Notes under the pieces: model-generated
Databases searched by the model: none
Seen by the model: only the letters and a program-made list of their open reading frames with translations
What the model was told of the DNA's origin: nothing
Assembly: GCA_963790475.1 (NCBI GenBank)
Contig: CAWBOS010000011.1
Coordinates: forward strand, 192,001-256,000
Reading direction: 5' to 3'
Length of the DNA stretch: 64,000 nt
Source: an uncultured delta proteobacterium
Lineage (GTDB): Bacteria > Desulfobacterota > RBG-13-43-22
Made by a program: the position numbers and the translations under genes
Shown here: positions 47,380-56,590 of the stretch, in pieces
How positions within the stretch are numbered: the first letter of the stretch is position 1
Layout: each line of letters begins with the position of its first letter

Positions 47380-49167
47380 ATGAAAGTACTGGTTGTAGGT
47401 GGAGGCGGCCGGGAACATACCTTGGTCTGGAAGATCGCCCAGAGTCCAAAAGTGTCTAAAATCTATTGCGCCCCGGGCAATCCCGGGATCGGGGAATTGG
47501 CCGAGTGTCTGCCCCTAAAGGCCGATGATATCCCCGGCCTGGTCCGATTTGCCCAAAAAGAAAAGATCGGCTTGACCGTGGTTGGTCCCGAAGATCCCTT
47601 AACCAGAGGACTGGTCGATGCCCTGGAGAAAAAAGGGCTCAAGGCCTTCGGTCCCAAGAAAAATGCCGCTGTCCTGGAGGCCAGTAAAGATTTTGCCAAA
47701 CGCATCATGGCCAAGTACCATATCCCCACGGCGTCCTTCAAAACCTTCACCGATCCTAAAAAGGCCTTGGCCCATTTGGAAAAAGTGGGGGCCCCGATCG
47801 TGGTTAAAGCCGATGGACTTGCTGCCGGCAAGGGGGTTATGGTTTGTCAGACCAAGGCCGAGGCCCGGGCGGCCATTGAATTAATCATGTACGATAAGGC
47901 CTTTGGGGAAGCAGGCAATATGCTCCTCCTGGAGGAATGTCTTACCGGGGAAGAGGCCTCATTCCTGGCCTTTACTGACGGCCGGACTGTCCTGCCCATG
48001 CCCACTTCTCAGGATCACAAACCCATCTACGATAACGATCAGGGGCCGAATACCGGGGGAATGGGTGCTTATTCCCCGGCACCGGTGGTCGACCCGGCCC
48101 TGTTTCAGGAGGCCATGAACCAGGTGATGATTCCCACGGTCCAGGCCATGGCCAAAGAGGGACGGCTGTACAAAGGGGTGCTTTATGCCGGATTGATGAT
48201 CAAAGACGGCCGGATAAAAGTCCTGGAATTTAATGTCCGCTTTGGAGATCCCGAGACCCAGCCGTTGTTGATACGTTTAAAAACAGATCTGGTGGAGATC
48301 TTTGAGGCCGTGGTTAATGGGACCTTGCATAAAATAAAAATTGACTGGGACGAACGGCCGGCGGTCTGCGTGGTCATGGCCGAAAAAGGTTATCCCGGGT
48401 CCTATCAAAAGGGCCACGTCATTAAAGGACTGGATCAGGTCAAAGGCATGAAGGATGTGGTGGCCTTTCACGCCGGTACCGCCTTAAAAGAAAAGTCTAT
48501 TGTCACCAACGGGGGACGGGTCCTGGGTGTGACCGCCCTGGGAGAGGACATTCCCAAAGCCATAAAAAAGGCCTACCAGGCTGTGGGAAAGATCGGTTGG
48601 GAAACCGCTTATTGTCGAACCGATATCGGTCGAAAGGCCTTAAGATACTCCGGGAGTAAAACCAATTCAGCCCCTTTGGTGGGGATTGTCCTGGGCAGTG
48701 ATTCGGATCTTCCGACTATGGAAGGGACAACGAAGATTTTAAGGGAATTTAACATTCCCTATGAGCTGATGGTTTCCTCGGCCCATCGCTCGCCTAAGAA
48801 GACGGCCGAATTTGCCCGCAAGGCGGGAGAGCGGGGTTTCAAGCTCCTTATTGCCGGGGCCGGGGCGGCCGCGCATCTGGCTGGGGTTTTGGCGGCAGAG
48901 ACCACCCTGCCTGTTATCGGGGTGCCTATTGATTCTTCTTCGTTAAATGGTTTGGATTCTTTGCTGGCCATGGTTCAAATGCCCTCGGGCATTCCAGTGG
49001 CCACCATGGCGGTCGGGCCCGCCGGGGCCAAGAATGCCGCCATCCTGGCCGCCCAGATCCTGGCCTTGAACTCACCCTCTCTGGCCTCGGCCTTGAAAGA
49101 CTTCAAGCAGCATTTGGAAAAAGAGGTTTGGGAAAAAGACAAGAAAATACATGCGATCTGGCCGTAG
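47380..49167 (+). CDS. purD: Fused phosphoribosylamine--glycine ligase / PurE (purD-purE)
   Basis: GGGGREH, KADGLAAGKGV, GPNTGGMG, RFGDPE, then GSDSDL, SAHRSP, GAGAAAHLAG, QMPSGIPV. Confidence 0.93.
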   Translation: MKVLVVGGGGREHTLVWKIAQSPKVSKIYCAPGNPGIGELAECLPLKADDIPGLVRFAQKEKIGLTVVGPEDPLTRGLVDALEKKGLKAFGPKKNAAVLEASKDFAKRIMAKYHIPTASFKTFTDPKKALAHLEKVGAPIVVKADGLAAGKGVMVCQTKAEARAAIELIMYDKAFGEAGNMLLLEECLTGEEASFLAFTDGRTVLPMPTSQDHKPIYDNDQGPNTGGMGAYSPAPVVDPALFQEAMNQVMIPTVQAMAKEGRLYKGVLYAGLMIKDGRIKVLEFNVRFGDPETQPLLIRLKTDLVEIFEAVVNGTLHKIKIDWDERPAVCVVMAEKGYPGSYQKGHVIKGLDQVKGMKDVVAFHAGTALKEKSIVTNGGRVLGVTALGEDIPKAIKKAYQAVGKIGWETAYCRTDIGRKALRYSGSKTNSAPLVGIVLGSDSDLPTMEGTTKILREFNIPYELMVSSAHRSPKKTAEFARKAGERGFKLLIAGAGAAAHLAGVLAAETTLPVIGVPIDSSSLNGLDSLLAMVQMPSGIPVATMAVGPAGAKNAAILAAQILALNSPSLASALKDFKQHLEKEVWEKDKKIHAIWP

Positions 49168-49358
49168 GAGACATGAGGTGTGAGGCCAGAGGGGAAAGAA
49201 AGCGTGAGGCATGAGGCACGAGGCATGAGGCAAAAGAAAGATCCTGCGTATTTTTTAAGAAGCAAAAACGTCAATCTTTTGCTAAGGTTTCGGTCCATTT
49301 TTTTCCATCAATCTTCTCGCCTCTTATGTCTTGCCTCATTCCTCACGCCTCTCGCCTA
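49168..49358. repeat. Heptamer-repeat element with complementary arms
   Basis: GAGGCAT/GAGGCAC runs on the left; CCTCACG/CCTCTCG runs on the right. Confidence 0.6.
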
Positions 49359-49364
49359 CTTCTC

Positions 49365-50618
49365 ATGAAAATCATCGCCGACTTCCATGTCCATTCGGCC
49401 TACAGCCGGGCCACCAGCAAAGAGATGCATTTGCCGACCATGGCCCACTGGGCCGGGCTGAAAGGGATTCATCTGCTGGGAACCGGCGATTTCACCCATC
49501 CAACCTACTTTGAAGAGATCAAGACCGAACTGGAAGAAACCGGCCAGGGGCTCCTTAAATTAAAGGGGGATGAGGCCGCGCCAGTCCACTTTATATTGAC
49601 TGCCGAAACCAGCCACATTTATACCCAGGCTGGCAAAGGCCGCCGAGTCCATATGATGATCTTCGCCCCGGCGATTCGTTCGGTGGAAAAGATCAATCTT
49701 CATCTGGACCGCATCGGCAATGTCAAGTCCGACGGCCGCCCCATCTTCGGCTTCTCGGCCAAGGACCTGGTAAAAATTGTCCTGGATATCGACCCGGAAT
49801 GCCTGGTTGTTCCGGCCCATGCCTGGACTCCCTGGTTTTCCGTCTTTGGTTCTCATTCCGGTTTTGACGGCCTGGAAGAATGCTTTGAAGAAGAAACGGC
49901 CAATATCCATGCTATTGAAACCGGCCTTTCCTCCGACCCGGCCATGAACTGGCGCTGGTCGGCCCTGGACCGGCTCAGTCTCATCTCCAATTCCGATGCC
50001 CATTCGCCGGCCAAGATCGGACGGGAGGCCAATATCTTCGATTGCCCCAAGACTTATGACGATATTATTCAAACCATCAAAGACAAAGATCCAACACGAT
50101 TTCTGGCCACCATCGAATTTTTCCCGGAAGAAGGCAAATATCATTTCGACGGTCATCGGAGTTGCGGGATCAGTTATGCTCCGGAACAAACGAGGGAGAA
50201 GGATTATCTCTGCCCCGTTTGTGGAAAAACCCTGGTGGTAGGCGTCATGCATCGGGTGGAGGCCCTGGCCGACCGGCCGGAAGGTTATGTACCCGAAGGG
50301 GCCGTCCCGGCGCTCCATCTGGTCCCCCTGGAAGAAGTCCTGGGTGAGGTTTACGACGTCGGGGCCCAATCCAAACGGATTCGAAAGGAGTATCTGCGCC
50401 TGATTGAACGAGGCGGGTCCGAGTTTCGGATCTTATTGGATCTTTCGGAAGAAGAACTGCGGTCTTTTATGGACGACCGCCTGGCCGATGGAATTTTGCA
50501 GGTCCGCCGGGGCCTGGTCCAGGTCAAACCCGGTTATGACGGGGTTTACGGGCAGGTAAAAATTTTCAAAATGGATGCCCCTTCCGCAGAACCTTCCCCT
50601 CAACTCACACTTTTTTAG
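49365..50618 (+). CDS. Endonuclease Q family (PHP domain + zinc ribbon)
   Basis: ADFHVHSAYSRATS, GTGDFTHP, PAHAWTPW, NSDAHS, GKYHFDGHRSC, CPVCG, PGYDGVYG. Confidence 0.9.
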   Translation: MKIIADFHVHSAYSRATSKEMHLPTMAHWAGLKGIHLLGTGDFTHPTYFEEIKTELEETGQGLLKLKGDEAAPVHFILTAETSHIYTQAGKGRRVHMMIFAPAIRSVEKINLHLDRIGNVKSDGRPIFGFSAKDLVKIVLDIDPECLVVPAHAWTPWFSVFGSHSGFDGLEECFEEETANIHAIETGLSSDPAMNWRWSALDRLSLISNSDAHSPAKIGREANIFDCPKTYDDIIQTIKDKDPTRFLATIEFFPEEGKYHFDGHRSCGISYAPEQTREKDYLCPVCGKTLVVGVMHRVEALADRPEGYVPEGAVPALHLVPLEEVLGEVYDVGAQSKRIRKEYLRLIERGGSEFRILLDLSEEELRSFMDDRLADGILQVRRGLVQVKPGYDGVYGQVKIFKMDAPSAEPSPQLTLF

Positions 50619-50717
50619 ACGCCTTATTTACCAGAGCCTTTTACCACCCCCGCATCACTGCAATCCCCTGCGATCCTCTCTTTCGTCTGACAAATCCCGA
50701 CCTCCCATGTTCTTTCC
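50472..50717 (+). repeat. Left copy of a ~240-bp diverged direct repeat (endoQ 3' end plus downstream)
   Basis: Aligns with 60980-61218 from gacgaccgcctggc to cctcccatgttctttcc. Confidence 0.9.
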
Positions 50718-50856
50718 CTTTCCATCAGTAAACACCATTTCCCCCCTTAGTTTTCGCCAGTTCTACTTGATCCTTTCTTTTTTGCTTGCTATTCTGAATA
50801 AAACGGGCCTCCTCATATGAAATGAAAGATTCATTCTGTCACTTATCCGATTCTAT

Positions 50857-50881
50857 GGAACAAAAATGCTTTTCATTCGTT
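50857..50881 (+). promoter_or_regulatory. ECF sigma promoter (autoregulatory)
   Basis: GGAAC-N16-CGTT ending 9 nt before the ATG at 50890. Confidence 0.7.
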
Positions 50882-50889
50882 ATTCTAAT

Positions 50890-51444
50890 ATGGACATCAT
50901 GACCCCTCAGGCTGAAACTCTTTTAATCCAGCGATTTAAAGAAGGTGATCTATCGACGTTCAAACAGATCGTCCAGGTCCATCAGGATAGAATTTATAAT
51001 CTCTGCCAATATATGCTTGGAAATCCTCAAGATGCGGAGGATGCAGCTCAAGAGGTATTTATCAAGGCCTATCGAAAATTGAAGGATTTCAGACCCGAAT
51101 CCTCCCTTTACACCTGGTTATACCGTATCGGAGTGAATACCTGTCTTGACCATAAAAAGAAATCACGTACCGAGCCCATCAAACACCAATCCATGGATGA
51201 AGACTTGCCCTCGACCGAGCCATCACCTGAGAATCGTTATGAATCCAAAGAAATAGGTCAGACTATACAATCAGCCCTCCAACAATTGCCAAAGCATTCG
51301 CGAGCCGTCATCGTCTTGAGGGAGATCGAGGGGCTTTCCTACGAAGAAACGGCCGGGGTGCTGCATATCTCTTTAGGGACGGTTAAATCAAGGATATCAA
51401 GAGCGCGGGAGGAGATGCGCCAGCTCCTGCAAAACAAGATATGA
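50890..51444 (+). CDS. ECF RNA polymerase sigma factor
   Basis: DAEDAAQEVF, TWLYRI, EGLSYEE..GTVKSRISRAR. Confidence 0.93.
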   Translation: MDIMTPQAETLLIQRFKEGDLSTFKQIVQVHQDRIYNLCQYMLGNPQDAEDAAQEVFIKAYRKLKDFRPESSLYTWLYRIGVNTCLDHKKKSRTEPIKHQSMDEDLPSTEPSPENRYESKEIGQTIQSALQQLPKHSRAVIVLREIEGLSYEETAGVLHISLGTVKSRISRAREEMRQLLQNKI

Positions 51445-51457
51445 AAATAGAATTTAG

Positions 51458-51482
51458 GGAACAAAATCGAATCTCGGTCGTT
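51458..51482 (+). promoter_or_regulatory. Second ECF promoter upstream of the anti-sigma gene
   Basis: GGAAC-N16-CGTT; both copies start GGAACAAAA. Confidence 0.7.
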
Positions 51483-51502
51483 TAATAGTAGGAGAGAGAA
51501 AA

Positions 51503-51970
51503 ATGAACTGTTCACAAATAAAACCAATGATCTCTCGGTATGTAGATCAAGACCTCGATCGGGACGAAAAGAGCGTTTTTGAGCTTCACATCAACCAATG
51601 TCCGGCCTGCCGAAAAGAACTGGAAGAGCAGTTATCGATTCATGGCCTTCTGGTTTCAGCGGAAAAGTATGAAGCCCCTATCGGTTTTACAACCAGAGTC
51701 ATGGCCCGTATTGAAGAAAAAGAAAGAAGGCCTTCCTTCTGGAGTTTTTTTACGCTTCAGCCTGTCTTCCTCCGGGCCGTTGAAGTGGCCTTCGCCCTGG
51801 TTATCATCTTGATCGGCATGGTCTCTGGTAACCTGCTGTTTACCGGCAAAGCACCCGAAAGACCCATGACTGTTCAAGAATCCTTTTCTCTCGATCTTTT
51901 CCAGGCCACACCTCCTGGTTCGATCAGTGGGGCCTATATGGCCCTGGCGGAGGGAACCTATGAAAAATAA
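51503..51970 (+). CDS. Zinc-binding anti-sigma factor (zf-HC2)
   Basis: MNC..HINQCPAC plus one TM helix. Confidence 0.88.
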   Translation: MNCSQIKPMISRYVDQDLDRDEKSVFELHINQCPACRKELEEQLSIHGLLVSAEKYEAPIGFTTRVMARIEEKERRPSFWSFFTLQPVFLRAVEVAFALVIILIGMVSGNLLFTGKAPERPMTVQESFSLDLFQATPPGSISGAYMALAEGTYEK

Positions 51971-52430
51971 TTTTATGAAATATATCCTGATCCTTTCTTT
52001 GCTGATGAACGCTTCCTTGCTTGGTGCTGCAGGGTACACACATTATAGACAGTCCCGCTATCGTATGGCCACACCGGATAATTGTCCTGCCCAAGGAAAT
52101 TATCTGTTCGAAGAGCTGTCCCTGAAACCGGAGCAAATAAAGCTCTTTCAGCAAAAAGCCGCCTTGTTCCACCGCGCCGTGGCTGAGAAGAAGAATGAAG
52201 TAAATCAGCTCAGGACTTCCCTCGTCGCCCTCATGAGGGTAGATCACACCGATAACCTGGCAATCGAAAGGACGATAGCCCATATCAATAAAATACAGGA
52301 AGAGATGCAGAATACGGTCGTTTCTCACATGCTCGAATTCAAATCCATGCTTGACCGGAAGCAGCAAAAAAAATTCCTTGATCTGGTCGAGGGCTCCATG
52401 TCCCAGCACAGGGAGGCGGTGTGTCCATGA
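51960..52430 (+). CDS. Periplasmic heavy-metal sensor / Spy-CpxP-ZraP-like protein
   Basis: SLLMN signal, LSLKPEQ and LDRKQQKKF motifs. Confidence 0.8.
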   Translation: MKNNFMKYILILSLLMNASLLGAAGYTHYRQSRYRMATPDNCPAQGNYLFEELSLKPEQIKLFQQKAALFHRAVAEKKNEVNQLRTSLVALMRVDHTDNLAIERTIAHINKIQEEMQNTVVSHMLEFKSMLDRKQQKKFLDLVEGSMSQHREAVCP

Positions 52431-52894
52431 TTCCAATAACAGCGCCTTTGACCCCAAATCAGACGGTAATCCCGAATAAGAAGAATCGAATGAGACTATT
52501 TCTCGGCATACTGGTCTTGACGGCCTTGTGTCTTGGCATCAATGCCATAGCCGCAGGCATTCCGCATGCCGAAGTGCTTTATATGAACCACGGCCCAATG
52601 CAGCCTACAATCAGAGAGCTAAAAACCGTCTTCGCGAATTACGGGGATAAGATCGCCGTTTCCTGGTACGACATCGATACCGGAGAGGCACAACAATTCG
52701 CCGCCAGGAAGGGCCTCCACGAACATATCCCCTTAAACATCTGGATAGACGGGTCCCAGACCATCAAACTGGCCCAGAGGACGGTAAGATTCTCCGGTTT
52801 CCCTTCAGGCTCGGGGCCTAAACCTTTTCAGGGAGATTGGACCATGCAGGATCTGAGGGCCGCGATCGACCAGGCAATTTCAAGAAAGAGGTAA
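52427..52894 (+). CDS. Exported thioredoxin-like protein without CxxC
   Basis: Signal segment, EVLYMNHGPMQPT, HIPLNIWIDG; fold is inferred. Confidence 0.55.
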   Translation: MIPITAPLTPNQTVIPNKKNRMRLFLGILVLTALCLGINAIAAGIPHAEVLYMNHGPMQPTIRELKTVFANYGDKIAVSWYDIDTGEAQQFAARKGLHEHIPLNIWIDGSQTIKLAQRTVRFSGFPSGSGPKPFQGDWTMQDLRAAIDQAISRKR

Positions 52895-52897
52895 CCC

Positions 52898-54163
52898 GTG
52901 TTTAGGACGAAAATTGAACAGATAATAACAAGGATCACCGCACGCATCAGCATAGTTGTCTTCTTCGTGATGGCCTTCGAAATCATGATCATGATAAGCC
53001 CCTTTGCCTTTTTCTTTTATTCTGTTTTCAATCCCATTTTCCACTTTCTTGACAGTTGGGCGGCCACAAGGTGGCTGACCACGTTCTTCCTGCCCCACAT
53101 GATTTTGCCCCCGACTCTGTTCCTCAAGGCGGTGCGCGTTTTCGGCTCCATCTGCTTTGTAGCAGGCTCCCTGACCTTTGTCATCTGCGCCCTGCAGGTA
53201 TATCTGGGGAAAATCTTTAAATGGGGGATAGTTTCCAAGGGCCTTTATCGTTATATCCGTCATCCCCAGTATACCGCCCTGGGTGTATGGGGCATTGGGA
53301 TGAGCATACTGTGGCCCCGATACATCGTCCTGGCCAGCTTGTCCGTCATGTTTATTCTTTACTATTTTTTGGCCAGGGACGAAGAGAAGAGAATGATAAA
53401 TCAGTACGGCAGGTCCTATGAAGTCTATAAGGACCGGACGGGCATGTTTGCACCGAAAGGGATTGAGAGATATTTCCCGGTTTTCCCTGGAAATTCGTTG
53501 CGGTACGCGGTTATTCCATTGTCGGTATTACTCGTGGTCATTGGATGTGGTTTCGTTCTTCGCGAGGTTACGCTGCACTCGCTTGCCTTCGAAGCCAGAG
53601 GCAATATTACCCTTGTCCCTGTTCTTCCCGAGGACAGAGCGCTGAGCGGCGCCATATTATCCGGCCTGCTGAGAAATAATCGGGTCACCGAAGCTGGCCT
53701 TGCGGCAGATAGAGACTACTTAGGATATGTCATGCCGGGGGATTACATCATGCAGGGTATGATTGCCGACACTGGGAGCGAATTCCATCTCTACAAGAAG
53801 CATCACACCGTGGCCATGATTACCGAATGGGTACTCCATCCCTTCCAGCATTTGAGGAGCTCGCCTTCGCTCCACATGGCGCAGATGTTCCATGTTGATC
53901 CCGCCGTTGCCAGGAGGCACCACTGCCCGATCCCTGTCAAAGAGAATAATGGGGTCTGTGATACCTGTAGTTACCGAAGGGTGGCTTTGGTTGAAATCGA
54001 CCACCCTGGAGGACATATTTCCGGCTACCGGCTCCTGGGTGTGAATGCTACCAGGGTGCCGATAAGCTTCGTGGACATCAACGTGAAGACTGGCGAGATC
54101 GCCGAAATCGTGCGCGTCAAGAAGGCAACGGCCTGGGAAGAGGTGCCGACGCCGGCCATTTAA
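52898..54163 (+). CDS. ICMT/phospholipid methyltransferase-family membrane protein with soluble C-terminal domain
   Basis: KGLYRYIRHPQY, EEKRM..YG.SY..YK.RTGMF. Confidence 0.75.
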   Translation: MFRTKIEQIITRITARISIVVFFVMAFEIMIMISPFAFFFYSVFNPIFHFLDSWAATRWLTTFFLPHMILPPTLFLKAVRVFGSICFVAGSLTFVICALQVYLGKIFKWGIVSKGLYRYIRHPQYTALGVWGIGMSILWPRYIVLASLSVMFILYYFLARDEEKRMINQYGRSYEVYKDRTGMFAPKGIERYFPVFPGNSLRYAVIPLSVLLVVIGCGFVLREVTLHSLAFEARGNITLVPVLPEDRALSGAILSGLLRNNRVTEAGLAADRDYLGYVMPGDYIMQGMIADTGSEFHLYKKHHTVAMITEWVLHPFQHLRSSPSLHMAQMFHVDPAVARRHHCPIPVKENNGVCDTCSYRRVALVEIDHPGGHISGYRLLGVNATRVPISFVDINVKTGEIAEIVRVKKATAWEEVPTPAI

Positions 54164-54232
54164 TGCCTCCCTCCTCGAAAATTTGGCTTCGGCACAGGCA
54201 GGCTTAAAAGATAATTTGTCGTAAATTCAACA

Positions 54233-55384
54233 ATGATCTCTCCTTCCCTATCCACCCTTTTTCTGTCATTTCTTCGATTAGGCCTGACCGCTTTTGGCGG
54301 TCCGGCCATGATCGCCCACATTAAGGAGCTTTCGGTTAAAAAGAAAAAGTGGTTGAACGATGGAATTTTCAACCAGGGGATAGTCCTCTGTCAATCCATC
54401 CCCGGGGCCACGGCCATGCAAATGGCAGGCTTTGTGGGACTGAGGATAAAGGGGATCAGGGGAGCCCTGGCCTCTTATCTCGGTTTCGGACTGCCGGCCT
54501 TTGCCTTAATGCTGGCCTTTTCCATTTTATACGTCACTTATCATGATCTTCCCTTTGTCCACTCTTTTTTCTCTGGACTTCAGGTCATTGTGGTGGCCAT
54601 TATTGCCCAGGCCACCTATTCCTTCGGGAAAAGTATCTCCAATCGTTATCAAAATATTATAATTGCCATAGCCGCAGCCGGCTCCCTGGGGATCGGGATC
54701 AGCCCCTTTTTGGTCATACCAGGAGCCGGATTGGTCAGTATTTTTTTATATAGAAATACCAAGCACCCACCAGTGTCGGATCGAAAAGCGGAGCCCTGGA
54801 AGATCAAACCCATCATCTTCCTTTTATTAATCCCAATAGCCGGGTTGATAGCCCTTTATTTTTTGAACATCAAGTCGTTGGGTTTGTCCCTCCTGATGAT
54901 GAAGATCGATCTATTCGCCTTCGGGGGCGGGTTCACTTCCCTGCCTTTGATGCTGCATGAGGTGGTGGAGGTGCGGGGTTGGATTGACGAAAAAACTTTT
55001 ATGAACGGTATTGCCCTGGGCCAGGTCACCCCCGGGCCGATTGTTATTACGGCTACATTTGTGGGCTACCTATTGTTTGGTTTATTGGGCTCTCTGGTCG
55101 CCACCATCTCCATATTTACCCCCTCCTTTTTAATAATGGTAATCATAAATCCAGTATTCGATCGATTAAAATCATCGCCCCTATTTTTGAAGGCCACTCA
55201 GGGCATCCTGGCCTCCTTTGTCGGACTGCTTTTTTATGTCCTTATTAAATTTGCCCTGGCCGTTCCTTGGGATATCCTTCGAATCCTCTTTTGCCTTGCC
55301 GCTTTGATAGCCCTGATTAAAAAAATAGATCTCCTCTATATCGTCCTAACCGGGGGTATCATTTCTATCTGGTTGTTTTCTTAA
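54233..55384 (+). CDS. chrA: Chromate efflux transporter
   Basis: GLTAFGGP, QSIPGA, FAFGGG, GQVTPGP. Confidence 0.9.
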   Translation: MISPSLSTLFLSFLRLGLTAFGGPAMIAHIKELSVKKKKWLNDGIFNQGIVLCQSIPGATAMQMAGFVGLRIKGIRGALASYLGFGLPAFALMLAFSILYVTYHDLPFVHSFFSGLQVIVVAIIAQATYSFGKSISNRYQNIIIAIAAAGSLGIGISPFLVIPGAGLVSIFLYRNTKHPPVSDRKAEPWKIKPIIFLLLIPIAGLIALYFLNIKSLGLSLLMMKIDLFAFGGGFTSLPLMLHEVVEVRGWIDEKTFMNGIALGQVTPGPIVITATFVGYLLFGLLGSLVATISIFTPSFLIMVIINPVFDRLKSSPLFLKATQGILASFVGLLFYVLIKFALAVPWDILRILFCLAALIALIKKIDLLYIVLTGGIISIWLFS

Positions 55385-55454
55385 CGTATTTCCCTACACG
55401 AAGTTGCAATCGAATAGAAAAAAGGAAGTTCTTTTGACTTTGACCGCAAGTTTT

Positions 55455-55586
55455 TTCATTTTCGGAATAACCTTAATGGCTTCCGGGTTTTATTACCGGA
55501 CCCCCATCCCGATCCAGCCCATGAAAGCCATCGGAGCTGCGGCCATAGCCGGAGGCATCAGCCCGGGAGCCCATGAACCTTTTTAA
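55455..55586 (+). pseudogene. Internal fragment of a putative sulfate/molybdate (MOT1-like) transporter
   Basis: GFYYRTPIPIQPMKAIGAAAI motif in only about 40 codons. Confidence 0.65.
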
Positions 55587-55949
55587 GCAATATTATAGCC
55601 AGTAATGGTCAATTTTATGATATACCTTCTTGAAACATTTGTAGAGGGTTAATTGGGAGGAGAAGACAATTTTTCAAGTAATTTAAAGTACTTCTTCCTT
55701 GTAATCCTCAAACTTCCATTCTTGAAAAACACAAGAGTTCAAAACTAATCGTCGATAAGAGGGCCTTAATATTTGGTGAACTTAGAAACGGCAGCGGCAT
55801 GGTGTAGCGGGTCATATTTTCTATGGCCTTTTTTTTTGAGATAGATTCTTGGACCATAGAAGACTTGAAAACCGGAGTGTTTCCAGTATTTCAGCAGATT
55901 TATATAATGGGGTATGATTTTACCTTTTCTGAATTATACTATGCCAGTC

Positions 55950-55979
55950 TGCGGGACCCCTTTTTGATGGGGTCCCGCA
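55950..55979 (-). terminator. Stem-loop after the DUF35 gene
   Basis: tgcgggacccc / ggggtcccgca. Confidence 0.6.
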
Positions 55980-55986
55980 TTAACCA

Positions 55987-56577
55987 CTAAAAAGAAAATC
56001 CCTTCGGCAATTGGTTCTCTTTCGTACCGTCAGGTACCCAGGCCATGTCCAAAATGGTATAGGTCGGGTCCAGCTTCTGGAAGATAGGGACCACGCGCAT
56101 GCCGATTTCCGGCTCGCCGACCGCCAGATAACTGAACAGAATCGTGACTACTCCGTCAAATTCGATATTGACGAATTTAATGGGTTTATCCAAAAAATTG
56201 AAGGCTCCCGACCGTTCGCATACCATGAAGGTGTGCACCTTAGCTGTTTTCTTGGCAAGATCGGTCATGTCGATGACCGTGTTTTTGCTAAGGCAATCCG
56301 GGCAATAGATTCTGAAGGGCTGGTAAATAGAGCCTGTGGTCTCGCATTTTGGGTTTTCACAGCGCGTACCCATCAGTTTTCCTTTGCTCAAATTCTCAAA
56401 AAAAGGAGCTTCACCACCGTAGGAATGGATGTGGGTCAACTGCCGGGGATTAGTGATCCCGATCAGCCGCCAGTCTTCTTCAGCGAGGCGGATGGGTTGA
56501 CCCAACTCAAGGTGGTGAAAATCACCTTTTATCTTATACTGTCCTTTTTTAACATATACTTGTCCTATCATGCTCAT
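55987..56577 (-). CDS. DUF35 Zn-ribbon/OB-fold thiolase partner
   Basis: FFENL..GKLMGTRC..C..YCPDC, IGMRVVPIF. Confidence 0.88.
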   Translation of the reverse strand: MSMIGQVYVKKGQYKIKGDFHHLELGQPIRLAEEDWRLIGITNPRQLTHIHSYGGEAPFFENLSKGKLMGTRCENPKCETTGSIYQPFRIYCPDCLSKNTVIDMTDLAKKTAKVHTFMVCERSGAFNFLDKPIKFVNIEFDGVVTILFSYLAVGEPEIGMRVVPIFQKLDPTYTILDMAWVPDGTKENQLPKGFSF

Positions 56578-56590
56578 AGTCGTTTCTCCT

